A DNA stretch of 64,000 nucleotides from an uncultured Planctomycetota bacterium (lineage in GTDB: Bacteria > Planctomycetota > Planctomycetia > Gemmatales > Gemmataceae), in assembly GCA_963849325.1 (NCBI GenBank), contig CAWKHF010000001.1, positions 1 through 64,000 of the forward strand, read 5' to 3'. Under the pieces are notes generated by a model. The model was given only the letters and a program-made list of their open reading frames with translations. It had not been told where the DNA came from and searched no databases. Made by a program: the position numbers and the translations under genes. Numbering within the stretch: position 1 is the stretch's first letter; every line of letters begins with the position of its first letter. Shown here piece by piece: positions 59,259-64,000 of this stretch.

Positions 59259-60672
59259 TCGCCTCCTTCGCCGCCCTGTGCCAGTGCCAGTTGCTGGCTT
59301 TTGACGACCAGCTTGACCAGATCATCCGAGGGAACGAGCCGAAGTGGGTCCGTGCGCCAGGGCAGCCCGATCTCCTTGCTCGTGGCGACCTCAACGGCCT
59401 CTTTCAGCAACCGGATGGCCTCGTCCGACTCCAGGGTCAGGTCTTTGTCAATCTGGCCCGGCTTGCCGAGCAATTCCCAGGACAGGGCGCGATCGGCCAG
59501 AGCAAACACCGTGACCGCAAATCCAGTCCGGCCTCGGCCGCCAGCGCCGCCGCGCAGAGGCCCAAAGCCGCCAGCACCGTCCGGGCCGCGTCATCGACCT
59601 TTGGATCGAGTTTGCCATCGACCGGAAATCGAAGCCGGCGAAGTGCCGGAAACGAAAGAACGACCGTTTGCTCGGCGGCAGTGATGGTGAAGCCGCCGAC
59701 GGGTATCGGCCTGCCCGCCTCATCCTTGATCTTGTTGCGGTTCTGGTCCCGTCGGTAGTCGATGTCTGGTGTCACGTTGCCGTGGTTGGCCTCTGACGGG
59801 CGGCCCTGGTCCGGGAACGACGGCTCGTTGGGATCGTGGAAGACATCAGCGCCTTTGCTGTTGGGTTTGAACAGGACTTTTTTCCCGGTGGCTTGCCCCT
59901 CTTTGAGTTCGTCCATCGCCAGGGACGGGTCGGTCGTGTAGCCCCCATCGGGGCGACGGTACAGCGGCCCAGCATCCTTCTGGATGGCAAGCGGATCGAG
60001 GCGGCTGCTCGTCTTCACGCCGGGCTGGGCGTTGATGCCGACGATCTCGCTGACCATCGCCCGCTCGAATTTCGTACCAAGCCCGCCCTTGGGGCCGGTC
60101 GAGTCCCACATCCCGAGTAAAAGGGCCGTCGGGCACAGCTCGAACAACGCGGTCGCGTTCTGAGCAGAGACTCGTCGTAGTCGCTGGCCGTAACTGGACT
60201 CGTCCTTTTCCACCTTGGCGCGGAACGGCTTGTTGTCCTCGGCTACCACGCTGTCGCGCAGGATGGCATCGACGATCCGGTGCGGGGCCTGGAGGGAAGT
60301 GACCTTGCCCACCGGTTCGAGCAGTCGAAGTGCTTCGGCTTTGTCCGTGCCGGGAAAGTACGCCGAGAAATCAACCTCGACGAGGGGCAGGCTGACACCA
60401 ACCTTCTTGAGCCGCCCGCTGTCGATCGCTTGCTGGAGTGCCTCCTCCATCCGGTTGGCCTGCGACTGAACCGAATCGAGTAGCACGCAGTCCACCGGGT
60501 CCGTGTGCCCTGGCACCCGACGTTTCTCCGTGGCGTAGACGGCCCCAGCATAGGTCGGCGGGAAGACTTTTGTTCCCTCACCCCCAGCGGGCTGGAGCGC
60601 AACCCGCGAGCGGGCGGCCGCTCCGGTTTGAACCGCTTTTTGCAACTGCTCCAAACTCAGCTTCTTCGACAT
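59255..60672 (-). CDS. csb1: Type I-G Cas7 (Csb1), frameshift ~59495
   Basis: KVFPPTY, DSVQSQANRME, PHRIVDA, LRRLRF, DLRSRCLL; the C-terminus is in the 59255-59509 frame. Confidence 0.9.
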
Positions 60673-61036
60673 GTGGTTCCCCTGTTTGGTAGCTGCGAAG
60701 CGGTCCCTTCAGCTTCGCGAAGCACTCGCCTGGACTCCTCTCGCCGCCCGGCGACTGTCCCGCTGGGGTGGCGCTACACTTGTTCACAGCCGGGTCCAGG
60801 AATCGTGACCGTACCGGCTGTCCATGCGGCACGCCAGTTTCGTGAGGGCACGCCGCGACTCGGCAGCGACAAGCCTCTTGACGATCAATGCGTCTTTGTT
60901 CCGGAATTGCTGAACAAGAAGAGGATACTGATCTGACGACACCCGGAGTAGGTCAGCAGTCAGGCCAGCGACCCGGGAGCTGGGCGGCAGATCAACGAAA
61001 AGCCGCCGTGTCGGCTGACCAGCACGCCCGCCTCAG

Positions 61037-61246
61037 TCACTTGTTCAAGCGACTCAACACCTGAGTTACCCTAGCCCGGCTGACACCGAGGTAGCGGGCG
61101 AGCGCCGCCCGGTTCTCGAACTGGCCGGAGTCAAGCAGCGACTGGAAGTAGCGGACAAGTTTGAGCGGATCGCGTTTCTCCTTCGGTGCGGCTTCGGCCT
61201 TTATAATGGGGTCGTTGGAACCGTTCCAGGGCACCATCGAGATCAC
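61037..61246 (-). CDS. Small HTH protein at the element end
   Basis: NRAALARYLGVSRARVTQVL. Confidence 0.65.
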   Translation of the reverse strand: MISMVPWNGSNDPIIKAEAAPKEKRDPLKLVRYFQSLLDSGQFENRAALARYLGVSRARVTQVLSRLNK

Positions 61247-61356
61247 GGCCGCTCGATGTAACCTCTTGATCTGTATGACACCTCGCTCGACGAGCCCCGT
61301 AATCGAGTTGAGACCGCCTCGGGGGCTTTCTGGACAGTTGTGCGAACCAAGCAGGA

Positions 61357-61446
61357 TTAACCGCCCTCAACTTGCCGTCGCACATCGGCTTCCCAGCCCT
61401 GCACGCCGGCGATAAAAAGTTCAATTGGCGTCCTGTCCTCTCCGCT
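61357..61446 (-). other. Right attachment site with the detached recombinase C-terminal tail (SGEDRTPIELFIAGVQGWEADVRRQVEGG*)
   Basis: Plus strand 61431-61446 resembles a tRNA-Ser 3' end; the tail is in frame with the recombinase leaving position 1. Confidence 0.6.
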
Positions 61447-61617
61447 CCCGATAAGCCTCTCCCTGCGCCGCTTGCGAACCAGGTTCGAGCCTGTCCCGTT
61501 GCCTCTCCGCCCTCGACATCGCACAATAGCTTCGGCGCTTTCGATTTTTCGTAATCCCACGCCTTCGCGGCGGGCTTCGGCCGCGATGGGGTCTCTTCTC
61601 TGGCAAAGGCTCGTGCA

Positions 61618-63078
61618 ATGACCGCAGCCCCCGCTGACATCGGCCTGATCGGCCTGGCCGTCATGGGCGAAAACCTGGTGCTGAACATGGAGAGCCACGG
61701 CTTCACGGTAGCCGTGTATAACCGCACCCATTCTCGCGTCGAGAACTTCCTGGCCGGCCGCGCTCGCGGCAAACGCATCCTCGGCTGTCATTCCGTCAAG
61801 GACTTCGTCGCCGCCCTGAAGCGGCCGCGGAAGGTGATGATGATGGTCAAGGCCGGCCCGGCCGTCGATCAGGTCATCGACGAGGTCGCCCCTCTGCTCG
61901 AACCGGGCGACATCTTGATCGACGGCGGCAACACGCACTATCCTGACACTACCCGGCGCACTCGCTCCCTCAAAGAACGCGGCTTGCTGTTCATCGGCAC
62001 CGGCGTCTCCGGCGGCGAGGAGGGAGCACTGCTCGGCCCGTCCATCATGCCGGGAGGCGATCCGGCGGCCTGGCCGCACCTTCGACCGATCTTCCAGGCC
62101 ATCGCCGCCAAGGCGCCCGACGGTTCGCCGTGCTGCGATTGGGTCGGCACCGAGGGGGCCGGCCATTACGTCAAGATGGTCCACAACGGCATCGAGTACG
62201 GCGACATGCAGCTGATTGGCGAGGCGTACCATCTGCTCAACCGCCTGGCCGGCCTGGACGCGGCGGCGCTGCACGACGTCTTCGCCCGCTGGAACAAGGG
62301 CCATCTCGACAGCTATCTCATCGAGATCACCCGCGACATCTTCGGCTACCGCGATCCGGAGAGCGGCAAGCCTCTAGTGGACCTGATTCTCGACGCCGCC
62401 GGCCAGAAGGGGACCGGCAAGTGGATGGTGGCGTCGGCCACCGACCTGGGCATTCCGTTGACGCTCATCACCGAGGCGGTTTTCGCGCGCTGTCTGTCGG
62501 CCCAGAAGGACGAGCGCGTCGCCGCCGCCGAGGTGCTGCACGGACCCGAGCCGCGCCTCGGCGGCGACCGGGAGGCGTTTATCCAGGACGTGGAGATGGC
62601 CCTTTACGCCAGCAAAATCATCTCCTACGCTCAGGGGTTCGCCTTGATGAACGCGATGGCCCGCGACTCCGGCTGGACGATCAACAACGGGGCCGTGGCC
62701 CTGATGTGGCGGGGCGGTTGCATCATCCGCAGTGTCTTTCTCGGCAAGATCAAGGACGCCTTCGACCGCAATCCGAAGCTGACCAATCTGCTGGTCGATC
62801 CCTATTTCGCCGCCGAGGTCGGCCGCGCGCAGCCGGGTTGGCGTCGGGCGGTCGGCGCCGGCATCGCCAACGGCATCCCGCTGCCGGCGATGAGCGCCGC
62901 CCTGTCGTACTTCGACGGCTATCGCAGCGGCCGACTGCCGGCCAATCTGTTGCAGGCTCAGCGCGACTATTTCGGCGCGCACACCTACGAGCGCGTGGAT
63001 CGGCCGCGCGGCCAGTTCTTCCACACCAACTGGACCGGCCGCGGCGGCACCACGGCCTCGACGACCTACAACGTTTGA
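61618..63078 (+). CDS. gnd: 6-phosphogluconate dehydrogenase (decarboxylating)
   Basis: IGLAVMGENL, DGGN, GVSGGEEGA, KMVHNGIEYGDMQ, QAQRDYFGAHTY. Confidence 0.98.
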   Translation: MTAAPADIGLIGLAVMGENLVLNMESHGFTVAVYNRTHSRVENFLAGRARGKRILGCHSVKDFVAALKRPRKVMMMVKAGPAVDQVIDEVAPLLEPGDILIDGGNTHYPDTTRRTRSLKERGLLFIGTGVSGGEEGALLGPSIMPGGDPAAWPHLRPIFQAIAAKAPDGSPCCDWVGTEGAGHYVKMVHNGIEYGDMQLIGEAYHLLNRLAGLDAAALHDVFARWNKGHLDSYLIEITRDIFGYRDPESGKPLVDLILDAAGQKGTGKWMVASATDLGIPLTLITEAVFARCLSAQKDERVAAAEVLHGPEPRLGGDREAFIQDVEMALYASKIISYAQGFALMNAMARDSGWTINNGAVALMWRGGCIIRSVFLGKIKDAFDRNPKLTNLLVDPYFAAEVGRAQPGWRRAVGAGIANGIPLPAMSAALSYFDGYRSGRLPANLLQAQRDYFGAHTYERVDRPRGQFFHTNWTGRGGTTASTTYNV

Positions 63079-63093
63079 GGGAGGACATGAGCG

Positions 63094-63347
63094 ATGATTC
63101 CGAATGAGTTGGCCGAGCAATTGCGCAACGAGGTCAAGTGTCTGAAAGAGGGGCAAGAGAAATTCTTGCAGACCTACAAGCGACTTTGCACCACTTCGGC
63201 GGCCCGGATTGGCGGAATGAGGAGATCGAAATTGTCTTCCATCACGTCCGCAAGGAGATCATCCCGGTCATGGAGCAGGCCGGCATGGATCACAACGCGG
63301 TGCAGGCGCTGTGCTCGTGGGCGGCCAAGCTGGTGATGAGCGAATAG
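63094..63347 (+). CDS. Small hypothetical protein, apparently frameshifted at ~63190
   Basis: MIPNELAEQL...YKRLC reads plausibly into HHFGGPDW...LVMSE in another frame. Confidence 0.45.
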
Positions 63348-63356
63348 CCGATCGTA

Positions 63357-63411
63357 TCCGAGCCTGAAGCGTAAGCGAAGGGATGCTCTTCGCTTACGCT
63401 TCAGGCTCGGA
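63357..63411. repeat. REP-like palindrome / bidirectional terminator
   Basis: TCCGAGCCTGAAGCGTAAGCGAAG ... CTTCGCTTACGCTTCAGGCTCGGA, a 24-bp perfect IR between convergent genes. Confidence 0.85.
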
Positions 63412-64000
63412 CGAACCTAGCACTTCCGCGGCCAGTCGCGCTACCTCGTCCGGCAGCGGCATGTTGCGGAAGCGATGAATCTCGGCCGGCAGTCCTTCCA
63501 GTTCCGCCTCCTCGATGTGCAGCTGATCGGACACCGCCAGCAAGAACGGCTCGCGGACGTGCTGCCGCAGACGGGCCAGGTGTTGTTCGGCGCTGGAGCG
63601 CCGCCAGAAGCCGAGCACCTCGAACAGGACGTGCCGTTCCGTCGCCCGATGGACAAGCCGGAAGTCCGGCACCCAGAAACCGGCGCCGCCGAGCGGATAA
63701 ACCTCGGTCTCCTCCCGAATGTCCCAGTCCGCGATGCGCTTGCGGAACAACTCGACGAACAACCCTAACTCCGGCGGAACATAGGTGCCGGCGTCGGCGT
63801 AGTGCGACACCAGCCCGTCCGCCGGCGTCACGGTAAACACCTTGGGCTTGCGTTGCGGTCCCCAGCGCAGCTCGGCGCGCACCTCGAAGTCGCGGCACAG
63901 CAACACGGCGGGCAAAAAAAAGGCCAGTTGCAGGCCGTACTTCTGGGTCGCCGAGAAGAGGCTGAGCGGCCCGTCCAGGTGCAGCCGCCAGCTGGCGTCG
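63394..64000 (-). CDS. DUF790-family endonuclease-like protein (3' part)
   Basis: LDGPLSLF...KYGLQLA, WVPDF, FEVLGFW. Confidence 0.85.
   Translation of the reverse strand, partial: DASWRLHLDGPLSLFSATQKYGLQLAFFLPAVLLCRDFEVRAELRWGPQRKPKVFTVTPADGLVSHYADAGTYVPPELGLFVELFRKRIADWDIREETEVYPLGGAGFWVPDFRLVHRATERHVLFEVLGFWRRSSAEQHLARLRQHVREPFLLAVSDQLHIEEAELEGLPAEIHRFRNMPLPDEVARLAAEVLGSSEPEA

Larger units (their letters stand above)
1..61446. mobile_element. Integrative mobilisable/conjugative element (serine-recombinase type), probably inserted at a tRNA-Ser 3' end just left of the window
   Basis: Recombinase runs off position 1. Its predicted tail plus tRNA-like TCCTGTCCTCTCCGCT lie at 61431-61446. 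Relaxase, VirD4, ArdC and defence cargo are inside; housekeeping gnd lies beyond. Confidence 0.75.

Noticed and set aside
53264-60672. CRISPR-associated transposon (CAST)
   Set aside because: No TnsABC/TniQ genes, and Cas3 nuclease motifs are retained.
60673-61036. CRISPR array or leader upstream of cas7
   Set aside because: No regularly spaced repeats; only short palindromes.
61470-61520. tRNA gene (GGTTCGAGCC T-loop-like)
   Set aside because: No complete cloverleaf could be built.

Overview
High-GC, Planctomycete-like DNA (taxon inferred from gene style and a REP-type palindrome). Positions 1 to ~61446 look like one ~61 kb integrative mobilisable element, followed by host DNA (gnd, a small ORF, DUF790). 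Left to right: (1) a large serine recombinase split by an ISKra4-type IS (9-bp TSD), whose predicted C-terminal tail lies at the far right end beside a tRNA-Ser-like 3' remnant; (2) a transfer module with VirD4 and a MOBF relaxase but no recognisable mating-pair genes, interrupted by a HEAT-repeat gene and an exoV-exoW-exoT-like cassette; (3) a P4-type integrase/AlpA with an attP-like site, then establishment genes (ParB-like, ArdC, methylase/SNF2 helicase) preceded by two ~185-nt hairpins; (4) an HTH-CHAT protease, a SprT protease and a P-loop membrane protein, followed by a compact contractile-injection locus: Bacteroidota T6SS-iii-like TssB/TssC and two TssD, VgrG-like spike, Pvc10/Afp10-like tip, REase-fold and PLA2 effectors, with no ClpV or membrane complex seen (the best candidate for a novel system); (5) a defence block with AbiE toxin-antitoxin, PIN protein, a 4x repeat protein, and a type I-G cas interference module without adaptation genes or array. 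Many genes carry small frameshifts, including one outside the element, so some may be sequencing errors. All homology calls come from motif recognition by eye, not database searches.
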